Assembly: GCF_006345805.1 (NCBI RefSeq)
Contig: NC_043011.1
Coordinates: 26,672,464-26,736,463 of the forward strand
Reading direction: 5' to 3'
Source of the DNA: Octopus sinensis
Lineage: Eukaryota
DNA length: 64,000 bases
Below are positions 24,201-34,800 of this stretch, in pieces. The stretch's first letter is position 1. Every line of letters begins with the position of its first letter. Below the pieces are notes generated by a model. That model searched no databases. It was not told where the DNA came from and saw only the letters and a list, made by a program, of their open reading frames with translations. Position numbers and translations under genes: made by a program.

Positions 24201-26087
24201 CGGTGATGTGGCGTCATTTGAAGGCTAAAATGCAAAACAATGCGTTTTGTGCCTAACAATGTGTAACAACATCAATTGTAAAAATACAATAGGATTTGTG
24301 GCGATCTTTCGTTTGTAGTAACACGTTTCCGTCGATGATTTCCGTAAAAAACTTTTATTTTTTTTACATATGGGCTTGCGGGAACATTTGAAGTAATGAG
24401 AGCGAAAGAGACTAAGAGGAAGCGATTGTATGACGAGGGAATTTCTTTTGAAGTTACCGAAGCATTGTTGTACATGTGTGTTTGATGGGGTGTGGGAGAC
24501 AGACAGTATGTTGTGTAAGTGAAGTGCTTCTGTTAGTGTGTGTGAAGAGACAGAGAGAGTGTGTGAAAGAGAGAGATAACTGAAATTTTTTACTCGGTGT
24601 ATGTGTATATGTATGTATGCATGCATGTATGTGTATGTGTGTATGTATCTATGTATGTGTGTATGTATGGCGGATTCAGTGTAATTTTTTACTCGGTGTA
24701 TGTGTGTGTGTGTATGTATCTATGTATGTGTGTATGTATGTATGGCCGATTCAGTGTAATTTTTTACTTTGTTTTAAAACGTCGAATAGCTAAGAGACTC
24801 CATCCAAAGTAAAATAGGAATCAACTTAGAATCCTCCAAGTTGAGAACTAGTTATAGACAAACAAACGTTGATATTTTGAACGTATTTAATACACGTGTT
24901 TCTAATAGTTTTACGAGTTGTTACGCAAGATAGTTCTTAAGTAAGAACTTATATTACTCGAAACGTGTATTAAATGCATTCAAAATATCAGAATATGAAC
25001 ATCTGGTTTTGTAGTTACCTATAGATAAGGCGGCATGATTAAATTCGCGGAGACAGCGAAAACAGGTTAACCGAAAAGGGCGAAGTTTCGCTTGTAGCAC
25101 AAGTTTTCCGTCGATTTCCGTAAAAAACTTTTATTTTTTTACATAAGTAATGAGAGCGAAAGAGACTAAGAGGAAGCGATTTTATGACGAGGGAAGTTTG
25201 TCTTTGAAGTTACCGTCTAGGGGAAGCATTGATGTACATGTGTGTGTGTGTGTGTGTGTGTGTTTGATGGGGTGTGGGAGACAGTATGTTGTGTAAGTGA
25301 AGTGCTTCTGTTAGTGTGTGTGAAGAGACAGAGAGAGTAATGTGTGAAAGAGAGAGATAACTGAAATTTTTTACTCGGTGTATGTGTATATGTATGTCTG
25401 CATGTATGTGTGTGTGTATGTATGTGTAAGTATGTGTGTGTGTGTGTATGTATGTATGGCCGATTCATCGTAATTACGATGAATCGGCCATACATACATA
25501 GATACATACACACACACACATACATGCAGACATACATATACACATACACCGAGTAAAAAATTTCAGTTATCTCTCTCTTTCACACATTACTCTCTCTGTC
25601 TCTTCACACACACTAACAGAAGCACTTCACTTACACAACACACTGTCTCCCACACCCCATCAAACACACACACACACACACATGTACATCAATGCTTCCC
25701 CTAGACGGTAACTTCAAAGACAAACTTCCCTCGTCATAAAATCGCTTCCTCTTAGTCTCTTTCGCTCTCATTACTTATGTAAAAAAATAAAAGTTTTTTA
25801 CGGAAATCGACGGAAAACTTGTGCTACGACAAGCGAAACTTCGCCCCGAGGCGAAGTTTCGCTTCCGCATTTTAATGACTTTCGCGGTTTTTTTTCAATT
25901 CAATACAATTATAACAAAAATATACTTTTCTGATAGAGAATTCAGAACAGAGTATCATCTGTACACTTGTAATCGCAAATACATACCTTCGTTTCAAATG
26001 TGAGTCACTGATCATTTTACAAAATGTAGTTGTTCCGGAAAAGCAAAATATTACCTGTGTAGAAAATACTCTAATTAACGATAGCAT
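10522..26087 (-). CDS. MYG1: MYG1 exonuclease (UPF0160, DHH-like 3'-5' RNA exonuclease), complete gene: join(26087-25987,20781-20626,19526-19431,17131-16898,14982-14904,13237-13115,12016-11835,10693-10522), 380 aa
   Basis: Manual splicing gives a continuous 1143-nt frame with GT-AG introns and matching phases. Family motifs present: [93 protein letters not shown]. Confidence 0.97.
11835..12016 (-). CDS. MYG1: MYG1 exon 7 ([20 protein letters not shown]...[12 protein letters not shown])
   Basis: Acceptor ttttctctccag, donor CG|GTAAG. Confidence 0.96.
13115..13237 (-). CDS. MYG1: MYG1 exon 6 ([41 protein letters not shown])
   Basis: Acceptor ctcctccag, donor GAG|GTTTGT; 123 nt, phase 0/0. Confidence 0.95.
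13987..14490. mobile_element. piggyBac-type MITE (second TIR family) in MYG1 intron 5
   Basis: ttaa-CCCTTCAGTGTTCAGA ... TCTGAACACTAACGGG-ttca; a related left end occurs near 33247. Confidence 0.65.
14630..14843 (-). mobile_element. SINE family C with 17-bp TSD
   Basis: AAATGCTAATATAAAAT at 14613-14629 and 14844-14860. Confidence 0.9.
14904..14982 (-). CDS. MYG1: MYG1 exon 5 ([26 protein letters not shown])
   Basis: Acceptor gtcttttgtag, donor GAA|GTATGT; conserved LSSRVxxLNPxWN. Confidence 0.95.
15536..16179 (+). repeat. Tandem triplication, 216-bp unit made of two fused SINE fragments
   Basis: AGACACTTTATTTCATG starts at 15536, 15752 and 15968; only a few substitutions between units. Confidence 0.95.
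16285..16760 (-). mobile_element. SINE family A (RTE-type 3' end, (GAT)n tail, internal ~55-60-bp minisatellite), representative copy
   Basis: CATCAT-CGTTTAACGTCCG..CATGCTAGCATGGGTTGGACG..CTGGATGCCCTTCCTAACGCCAACC. Copies also at 8520-8935, 11025-11580, 17205-17520, 17560-17960, 22648-23070 and 32700-32900 (minus), and 40620-41085 and 58874-59055 (plus). Confidence 0.85.
16898..17131 (-). CDS. MYG1: MYG1 exon 4 ([31 protein letters not shown]...[17 protein letters not shown])
   Basis: Acceptor ttttatacag, donor AA|GTAACT; overlaps track ORF 16894-17115. Confidence 0.96.
19431..19526 (-). CDS. MYG1: MYG1 exon 3 ([32 protein letters not shown])
   Basis: Acceptor ttatattccag, donor CG|GTAAG; DHH motif; not in the ORF track. 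Confidence 0.96.
20626..20781 (-). CDS. MYG1: MYG1 exon 2 ([52 protein letters not shown])
   Basis: Acceptor ttactttgcag, donor AG|GTAAAT; [11 protein letters not shown] metal-binding motif. Confidence 0.96.
21290..21460 (+). mobile_element. Penelope-like terminal fragment with a degenerate minimal hammerhead-like motif (21327-21365)
   Basis: CCTTT-CTGTTGA-AGAGC-ATAG-GCTT-GAAA-CATA-AAAGA has the layout of type I minimal hammerheads of Penelope elements, but with core mismatches. Confidence 0.35.
21564..21720. repeat. Inverted repeat made of two tRNA-like sequences; cloverleaf-like 74-nt unit on minus 21643-21570
   Basis: Arms 21564-21624 and 21659-21720. Minus unit has acceptor stem TGTATGT/GCATACA, D stem GTGT/GCAC and T loop GGTTCGAGT; the anticodon stem does not pair. 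Confidence 0.8.
22234..23804. mobile_element. Non-autonomous long-TIR DNA transposon with 9-bp TSD (Mutator/MULE-Foldback type)
   Basis: Perfect 9-bp TSD CGTTTACAT (22225-22233, 23805-23813). TIRs start GGTACTTGTCTATTGTCGTGGTCCCGG; near-identical arms 22234-22581 and 23389-23804. Confidence 0.85.
24300..24770 (+). mobile_element. Single-arm copy of the same Merlin-like MITE family
   Basis: Starts GGCGATCTTTCGTTTGTAG..TTTCCGTCGA..TTTCCGTAAAAAAC and follows the left arm of 25079-25473; no right TIR found. Confidence 0.75.
24870..24990. repeat. Small inverted repeat (~31-bp arms) with an internal palindrome
   Basis: TGATATTTTGAACGTATTTAATACACGTGTTTC versus inverted GAAACGTGTATTAAATGCATTCAAAATATCA; the loop contains AGTTCTT-aagt-AAGAACT. 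Confidence 0.75.
25079..25845. mobile_element. 767-bp loopless palindromic MITE (Merlin-like family)
   Basis: Ends GGCGAAGTTTCGCTTGT / ACAAGCGAAACTTCGCC; centre GGCCGATTCATCGTAATTACGATGAATCGGCC at 25473/25474; arms differ mainly in microsatellite length. Confidence 0.85.
25987..26087 (-). CDS. MYG1: MYG1 coding exon 1, mitochondrial-presequence-like ([33 protein letters not shown])
   Basis: ATG at 26087. Donor CGAAG|GTATGT at 25987 is phase 2 and joins the 20781 acceptor (C-CAT-GCT) in frame with no stop. No acidic residues in the first 24 aa; R-x-F-S-T motif; resulting length is close to vertebrate MYG1. Confidence 0.8.
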
Positions 26088-26350
26088 ATATTGTCAGGCG
26101 GACACGCTGAAAAAAAGTAACATTAAAAAAAGATACGCCGGACTATCTGAGCCACTCAAGTAGCTTGATTAGAAAGAATTATTGAAGTTACCCTATTCAC
26201 TTCTTTATTTACTAAATTGATTCAACAACAAGGATATATATAGATAGCGATAGATATAGATATATATATGCTTCGAAATATGGTGAGTCTGAAAATGAAA
26301 ATAGTCTTTCCCCGACGATGCACCGTCTTGAAGTAGCTACTGAGACACGA
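26088..26350 (-). promoter_or_regulatory. Candidate MYG1 promoter / 5'UTR region
   Basis: Immediately upstream of the exon-1 ATG; CpG retained; position inferred only. Confidence 0.45.
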
Positions 26351-27792
26351 GTAACATATATAACATTAGAAACCATTTTCCAACGATCTCGTCTAGTAGG
26401 GACTATTCAAGCCAAAATGTGTTCTTATACTGACAAACTAACAAATATGGAAAACAGAAAAATTTGGTCAGAATGGGTCGCCTCGTCATTCACTCAGACT
26501 ATTATTCTTTTATTTGTTTCAGTCATTTGACTGCGGCCATGCTGGAGCACCACCTTTAGTCGAGCAAATCAACCCCAGGACTTATTCTTTGTAAACCTAG
26601 TACTTATTCTATCAGTCGCTTTTGCCGGACCGCTAAGTTACATGAACGTAAAGACACCAGCATCGGTTGTCAAGCGATGTTGGGGACGGGGGACAAACAC
26701 AGATACACACATACATACAAATTTCTTGTCACACACCCACACTTGCTTTCTAAAAGATTTAACCAATGGAGAGAGTATTTTTGATCCCTTCTTAAGACCT
26801 GAATTCAGTCATATGACCCCAGAATTTTCTTGACTATTTCACGAATAAAGCGAAAAGAAGAAACCAGCAATTTGTGTGTGTGTGTGATTGAAAAGTAAAA
26901 TTTCCATCCGTTCATTCATGCCAATGCTTTAAAATTTAATGTTAAATATTTAAAATTATCTAAGAAAGGTTACGTAAAAAAGTAAACTAGCACCCAAATT
27001 TGGAAAGATCCGAAGTTTGCTTCAGCCTTGGGCCAACTAAAACCTTGTAAGTGGACTTGATAAAGGGAAACGGGAAAAAAAACCCATTGTATATATGTGT
27101 GTGTGTCCGTGTCTGTGTTTATCTTTTACCAATGCTTGACAACTGGCGTCGGTGTGTTTACGTTCCCATAACTTAGCAGTTCAGCACGAGAGACTAAAAG
27201 AATAAACACCAGGTTTTAAAAGAAGTACTGGAGTAGATTCATTAGACTAAAAATTATTTAAGGTGTTGCCCCAGCATGGTCACAATCTACTGATTGAAAC
27301 AAGTACTGAATAAATTGTATGAAATATATCAGAATGCAATGAAACAAACTTGTAAATTGACTAAATATGCATTTCTCGTCTAAATCTGTCTGACTATGGA
27401 AAGTCCTCTGAATAGGCAAGTTTTTGATCTCTGCTGCACAGGACAGTAAAAATATCAGAACCAAGGGAGAAAAAAATGTTGACAACGTGTCTGCCAGCTT
27501 AACACAGCTGAAAGGCAAGCAGTAAAATATCTGCTTTGTCTTCCTCTTTTTTGGTCACTGCCCTTACTATCACTGAAAGCAAGCAGTAAAATATCAGTAA
27601 TCAAATATACATTACAAAAAATTATTTGTGGAAAAATAGTAAGGCATGTGTTGCATACATAGACCCTTTGCCCCTGATATATATATATATATATATATAT
27701 TATAAAATGAGATAGGGGTTGAAAAATTCAACCCACCATGGGATAACATATATCCAATATACTGCTAGATAGGTACCCATTTTCTAATTTTG

Positions 27793-27833
<41 letters not shown>

Positions 27834-30631
27834 ATTTATAAAACACACCAAACCATCTTTGTATTATGAAAATTTCGAAAATTATCCACTAATTTTAGTT
27901 TATTGTACTGGTACTTATTAAAGTTAAACATTGCAAAACTTTAATATTAGAGTTAATTGGAAAGTGGCAAGCTGGTAGAATCGTTAGCACACTTAGTGGC
28001 ATTTCATGCATCTTTACGTTCTAAGTTCAAATACCTCTGGGGTTGACTTTGTCTTTCATCTTTTCAGGGTCAATAAAATAAATACCAGTCAGACATGAGG
28101 GGTCGATCAAATCAACTATTTCCTCACCTAAAACATTTTAGGCCTTGTGCCTATTGTAGAAAGGAATATTACAGTTAATTGTTATTAGTACAAAGCTTTG
28201 AACATTTTTAACTCTTCTGAATGTAGATTTTAAGATTTTCATTAAGATATTAAGAAAGATGTTGAAACTTGTTGGTAGTCTGGTCTGGAAAGCATAGACC
28301 TGCACAGCCTGAACAGATTTATCCATAAGAACCTCTATGTTATACAATACATTGTAGAAAGATTCTGTAACAAACTTGGCTTTGATGGATCTGTTGCAAG
28401 ACCCATTTCTGTTCTGATATTTTATGTTCAACTAGCCATAAATAGGCTCCATGCATTAATCTTTAATAATTGGTGTCATTTGACCTATCATGTGAGTTTG
28501 GAACATTTGGTTGAGTCTTGTACTTTGATCAAGTATTGCGCAAGATAAGGACCTTGGATCCAATCACGTTGCACATAATACATCCTCAAATAATTTGAAT
28601 CATCACTGGAGCCTACCCTCTGCTTATAAATAGCTTTGTCTAATCATTTATGAGCAGTGAAGTTTAAGATTTTCCTGGAGCACATGTCATGGTATTTTCA
28701 TGCTGTTATAATGAAGCACTCATGACCAACGATAGCCAGAGTGGAATTATCCTAATGCCAGATGATCTATTCAACTAACGGAATCTGTGATGTGTCATTT
28801 GGTCTACTGTATAATTTAGTAGAGGAATAAAGTCTTGCTGTTATTTTAAAGTTTGTTTCATGTATTATTTCCATGAATTAACATGCCACACATGTTATAT
28901 AATGGCATGCAACATTCCGTAGTAAACCAAGACAAACTTTATAACCCCACAGCTAAAACTGGTGACCCTAATGTGATTACTTTTGCCAAGCACTCCTGAC
29001 ATGATACCTTTTCAGCTCACCATTAAAGATCTTTCATCAATTTTAATTCATTGGGAGCTTTTGATAGAAACAATTGTCATTTCTTGGGAGATGTCCTCAA
29101 GTCTGACACTTTCAGTTCAATTTTCAGAGACTGGATCACTTCAATGCACAGCAGCATCTAATTGGTTCTCAAATAAAGTGGCCAATAACTGAAACCTTTT
29201 TAGATTATGCACTCGGTCTGACAAAGGTGACTTCTCTCATTCCTTCTGTAGGTACTGATTCTTTCACCACTATTGCAAAAACTAGAAGTGTTAAGGGAAT
29301 CCTGTCCAAAATGGAATGTGAGAGGGCTGTATTGACATATGTAGACATCGCCACAATGGTATCAGACATCACAAAAGCTGTTGTGATCGGCACTGTTTCA
29401 AAGTACACAATGCAGTGACCAAAGTATAAACTAGACAAGTTGGTGGACTTGCAAGCAAGTCCATGCCAATGAACAGCATCATGAGGCACTAGATGGTCAG
29501 ACTGGTTCAGATGTTTTGTGAGCTGAGTTAGTCTGAACCTCCAGATGAATAGAACCTGGAATAAGATTATGAGCAAAGTGTCCAGTCTCATACAGAAATG
29601 GATTAAGAGAAAGATGTCCTTAAATGGTCAGACAGAAGTAATAACAGGTGGCAAGCTGGCAGAAACATTAGCACACCGAGCGAAATGCTTAGCAGTATTT
29701 TGTCTGTCTTTACGTTCTGAGTTCAAATTCCTCCGAGGTCGACTTTGCCTTTCATCCTTTCAGGGTTGATAAATTAAGTACCAGTTGCATACTGAGGTTG
29801 ATCTAATCAACCTTCTCAAACTTGCAATGAACTGCAGTAGGGGACTGAAAAACGTCTTGCCAGCCAGTAATTTTGCAACACTGCTCTAATGTCAATTGGC
29901 AAGCCATGAGCAAGGAAATGATTCACTCACAAAAACTGCAAAGTCTAACGTGTCAAATGCTGATGGTCTCATGTCTCTCCAAATGATACTTGAGATGAAA
30001 TAAAAAAAAGAAAGTGTATAGTAACTTTTGGGACACCATGTATGTGTGTATACACACACACATATATATATACACCCCAGTCTGGTATGTGACTGGAACT
30101 TATTTTATGTACCCCAGAAGGATGAAAGACACAGTTGATCTCAGTTGTATTTGATCTACAAATATTAAAGTGCATTAATGAAATGCTGCAAAACACTGTC
30201 CAATGTTCCCACAATTCTGCCAGCTCACCATTTATCAGTGTTTTCTGGGGTGACACGGACTATGAAACTATGAAAGTTGTAATGCTGATGATAAGAGATA
30301 GTGGGAAGTTCATTAACAAGTATGAAGAAATTTTAGATAACATTTCTTTACATAGTTTCATAAATGCCACTGAGTGTCATCAGGTTTAGCAGAGATGGTA
30401 AAAAATGTTTTGTTTTCTGGACGAGTTTCAAATTTTGAATAAAAAAAAAAAAGAGATGTACCAGAATGACACAGTAATAAAGATAACTATTTTTTCAAGG
30501 ACATTGAATATAGAGAATATTTAGTATTTGAATGCATATGAAAAATATTTACACAAACTACATATTGATTTATTTCTTATTTCTTTAGGTATCTTATAAA
30601 AGCAGAAATATTATGAAGTCAACAGTATATA

Positions 30632-30680
<49 letters not shown>

Positions 30681-30682
<2 letters not shown>

Positions 30683-31090
30683 TTTACTCTTTTACTTGTT
30701 TCAGTCATTTGACTGCGGCCATGCTGGAGCACCGCCTTTAGTCGAACAAATCGACCCCGGGACTTATGTTTTGTAAGCCCAGTACTTATGCTATCGGTCT
30801 CTTTTGCCGAACCGCTAAGTGACGGGGACGTAAACACACCAGCATCAGTTGTCAAGCAATGCTAGGGGGACAAACACAGACACACAAACACACACACACA
30901 CATACATATATATATATACATATATACAACAGGCTTCTTTCAGTTTCCGTCTACCAAATCCACTCACAAGGCATTGGTCGGCCCGGGGCTATAGCAGAAG
31001 ACACTTGCCCAAGATGCCACGCAGTAGGACTGAATCCGGAATCATGTGGTTGGTTAGCAAGCTACTTACCACACAGCCACTCCTGCGCCT
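30681..31090 (-). mobile_element. SINE family B, full-length CpG-intact copy
   Basis: Near-exact reverse complement of 49718-50115. Confidence 0.9.
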
Positions 31091-31611
31091 ATATTTATAT
31101 GTATTAACCCTTTATATATATACCACCAAAACAAAGCACTGTGAATGCATCAGTAAATTTTATAGGTAACAACAGACACCATATTATCATCATGGTTATC
31201 TATTTTATTTTATTGATCTCAGAGGGATGCAAGGCGAAATATGCTCTTCACAAATTATGAGCTCATGCATAAATGTTTATTCATGTATACACACAGCTGT
31301 AGAGCCTGAATTGAGATATCTAAAACAAACAAAAGATCTATAAAACTACATAATTTACCATGCTTATGCAAACTGTTTGTATAGGTAAAGATAAATATGT
31401 GCATATTAAACAGATCATGCTGAGTTAACAATTTAGGTTACACTGAATATTCAAGCATATAATTTTTATAAACTCTCCTCCAATATCTAAGCAAAAATTC
31501 ATACAATATAAGATCACATTTTATTCTCTTTGCACCTTTGCTTTTCAATTTTTATCATTTATCATCTAGACTCTTTATAAGAATCATTTAAAAAAAAATA
31601 TTTATTGAAGT

Positions 31612-31805
31612 AAGGCAGCGAGCTGGCAGAAACCTTAGCACACTGGGTGAAATGCTTAGCAGTATTTTGTCTGTCTTTACGTTCTGAGTTCAAATACCCC
31701 TGAGGTCGACTTTGCCTTTCATCCTTTCGGGGTCGATAAATTAAGTACCAGTTAATCGACTGGCCCCCCTCCCCCAAAATTTCGGGCCTTGTGCCTAGAG
31801 TAGAA
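31612..31805 (+). mobile_element. tRNA-derived SINE family C, representative copy (more than 20 copies in the window)
   Basis: AGGCAGCGAGCTGGCAGAA..GAGTTCAAA..GCCTTTCATCCTTTCGGGGTCGATAAATTAAGTACCAG..GGCCTTGTGCC. Other copies near 4455, 4690, 7147, 9455, 12453, 14630, 27960, 29645, 32915, 41430, 44740, 44990, 46510-47320, 51310, 51540, 54007, 57200, 57420. Confidence 0.9.
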
Positions 31806-34800
31806 AAAAAAAATTATTTATTGAAGTATGAAGCTTGATAATTTTGAATTAGTAAGCATATGTATATCAGATCAGACTGGGCTTTTATGTATATCTCCTC
31901 CATGCAAAAGGATGGACAACATGACAAATTTTTGTTTAAATTAAGTCTCCAAAAGTGTCTTTATCCAGGCTTCTTTCTATTAGCTGCAACCTGACTTTGT
32001 GGCATATTTTGCGATATCATCATAGGATTTTGAGATAGTTATTCATGCCATTTCCACTGTAATTATATATGACAAAAAAAGGCATTAAGCTGGAAGACTC
32101 ATTAGAACATCTGACAAAATGCCATACAGTAGTTCTTCCAGTTCTGGGTTCAACTCCTACCAAGCTCAGCTTTGTCTTTCATCCACCCCGCTCCCAGAGT
32201 CAATAAAATAAAGTACCAGTCAACTATTGGGGTTGATGGCATTGATTTAATCTCTTGCCTGCTGAATTGTTGGCCTTGTGCCTAAATCAGAAAACTTTGT
32301 ATAAGACAAAATTTAATTCATGTAAGGAAATAAAGAATTGGTTTCTTGTTAACTAGAAACAAAGGTTTTATATTTCAGTTGATATAAAGGATGCAGTATT
32401 CTGAAGTGAATATGCATTAACAGGGAAGTGAAATTGTGCCTCGACTCATTGGAAGCTTACCAATTAAATCTGTAGCACTCACAGCACCTAAAAGAAATAC
32501 ATAAATTATCAATATGTCATTCTATAGGGAAAAAAAAAATGAAGGAGTCTGAGTAAGCTAGTGATGGTCTGTTTTGGCTAAATCATTGAATAAAGTTCAC
32601 AAATTTGGAAAAGTTCTCATGTGATAGGAAAATGGGTATTTCTTTAGAATAGACACAGACATTATCATACAGCATGCCAAAATTTATAATGTCTTCGGAC
32701 CTCATCATCATCATCATCACCATTCAATATCCATTTTCCATGCTGGCATGGGTCAAATGGTTTGACAGAACCTGGCAAGGGCAGGAGCAGTGCCAGGTTT
32801 CATTGTCTGTTTTGGTTTGATTTCTATAGCTGGATGCACTTCCTAACACCAACCACTTTACAGAGTGTACGTGGTGCTTTTTATGAGGCATCATCTGTAT
32901 GTTTATAGAGAGACAGAAATGTTAGCGAGCCAGGCGAAATGCTTTTTGGTATTTCATCTGCTGTTACGTTCTGAGTTCATATTCCGCCGAGGTCGACTTT
33001 GCCTTTCATCCTTTCGAGGTCAATAAATTAAGTACCAGTTACGCACTGGGGTCAATATAATCGACTTAATGCCTTTGTCTGTCCTTGTTTGTCCCCTCTA
33101 TGTTTAGCCCCTTGTGGGCAAAAAGAAATAAGGGAGGGATCTTGTTTCACCTCTTTTCTGTAAATTTTTTCAGTTTTGACATTTTTGAAAACTTCTTCAG
33201 GTTTATATTATCCATAAGTTTTTGAAGAATCATAATCTCATAAGTTTAACTCTTTAGCATTCAGATTACTCTGTCAAATTTAATAGCTATTTTTAATTAA
33301 ATCATGCTTTTGAATTAAATTATTACTTTTGAATTAAATTATGCATTATCTCAAAGCTTTCAGACTTTGATGATGTTATTGTTTATTTTTAGAATGACAT
33401 TGGAGGGTAGGTGTAAGAGACCAGATCCAGCAGGTTTGATCATAAAACAAGTATTATTATGTATTTGAGCTGGATATAGCTCAAATAAATCTGAAAAAAA
33501 TTTTAATAAGTAAGACAAAGTTGAAAAATTGAAGTAAAAGGTCAAAGGGCACTCCTCCATAAAAAAGAAAATATTTTTTTTGCAGGTTAGTAAAAAAGAT
33601 TAAAGGCAAAGTTAACATCAGAATGAACTGGAAAAAATGTTGCTAAGCATTTTGTCTGATATGTAAGCATCAAGCATATTGCATAATTGATGAATGTTTT
33701 GCTAATTTGTTGTGCTGAATTCAAATATTTTTATAATTCTATGAGTGTCATTTAAAGAAAAACAAACTCTGCTAGGCTGATGGTTTATGGAACTTATTGC
33801 CTTAATGTTAATTAATTATTAAACATCTATGTTATTAGCTCTCAATTTTTTAATGTTGCATTAAATGTCAATATTGTTAGCCATTTATAATGTGCTGTTT
33901 ATGGTTAATATTATATTGTTAGTATTTAATTTTATGAAAGACTTGAGAAATATTACTGCATTTCCCAGACATTCCTAGACTGAAGGAAAGGTTGACAATC
34001 AAGATAACTATAGATTTAATGTTCACCTTAAACATGTGAAGGAGAAACTTAAGTGGAGAATAAAATTTTCAGAGGGATGAAAAAGGCTTTTGTGTGAGAT
34101 TTCAGGGTTGAGAAACAATAGGAGTGGTAAAGGAAAAAGAAACAAGCTGAATGAAAAATTTGGTATAGGAGTGGTTGCCCTGAAAGATCATCCAATATAG
34201 TGAGGCTTAGCATGTGTATAGAGTAATAATGTTGGCAGTTTATTTATGACTGGTTAGGGTTTTCAGATCATGGTCATAATATTGTGGTTTCAATTATTGG
34301 CACCAGAAGCTTGTTGTGTCTTTGAGCAAGAAACTTTTATTCACATTCCTTCAGTTTAGTCAGCTGAAAATGAATACCAACCAAATGCTGGTTCAATTCT
34401 TTCTCCCTTCAGCTATCATATCCTGATCCTGGATCTTGGTTAAAAATATGGGTGTAGAGAGGGTCCCTATTTCTGCTCACTAAAACAATTACAGAAAGCG
34501 TGCTACATGTTACTGTACTCAACCATGAGCGACAGCTGACTTGTCATCTTTCTTTCTAGGATTAGCGAATTATGTTGTTCAGCCTCAGGTTAACTGCAAT
34601 TGAGCATACCAATGATTAAAATTGTTCCAGCCATGACCCTCCCATGTGTTTTTTTGAGATGTAATGTATCCAAGACTACATTATCTATTGTGTCTTTTCT
34701 TTGAGGTAGATTGGATCCATCACTGGACTACTATGCTTTGAACCTGTTTTCTTGGGATATAAAGAATTGTGTTCCTGTTGCTGTCAAATTAGATTAGGTT

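Noticed and set aside
25019-25080. Minus-strand donor AG|GTAACT as MYG1 coding exon 1
   Set aside because: In-frame TAA upstream in the required phase; its ATG gives only MPPYL*. At most a non-coding alternative exon.
28140-29600. Degenerate LINE/RT-like or gag-like stretch on the minus strand
   Set aside because: Only faint motif resemblance (e.g. NIFLNILMKIL) with many stops; cannot be classified without an HMM search.
29990-30050. Isolated Tc1/mariner-like end (TACATGGTGTCCCAAAAG, minus strand)
   Set aside because: No partner terminus found in the window; too short to support as an element.
30135-30389. 84-aa plus-strand ORF (…DTDYETMKVVMLMIRDSGKFINKYEEIL…) as an exon of an intervening gene
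   Set aside because: The first half is SINE-C derived; no clear splice sites or homology.
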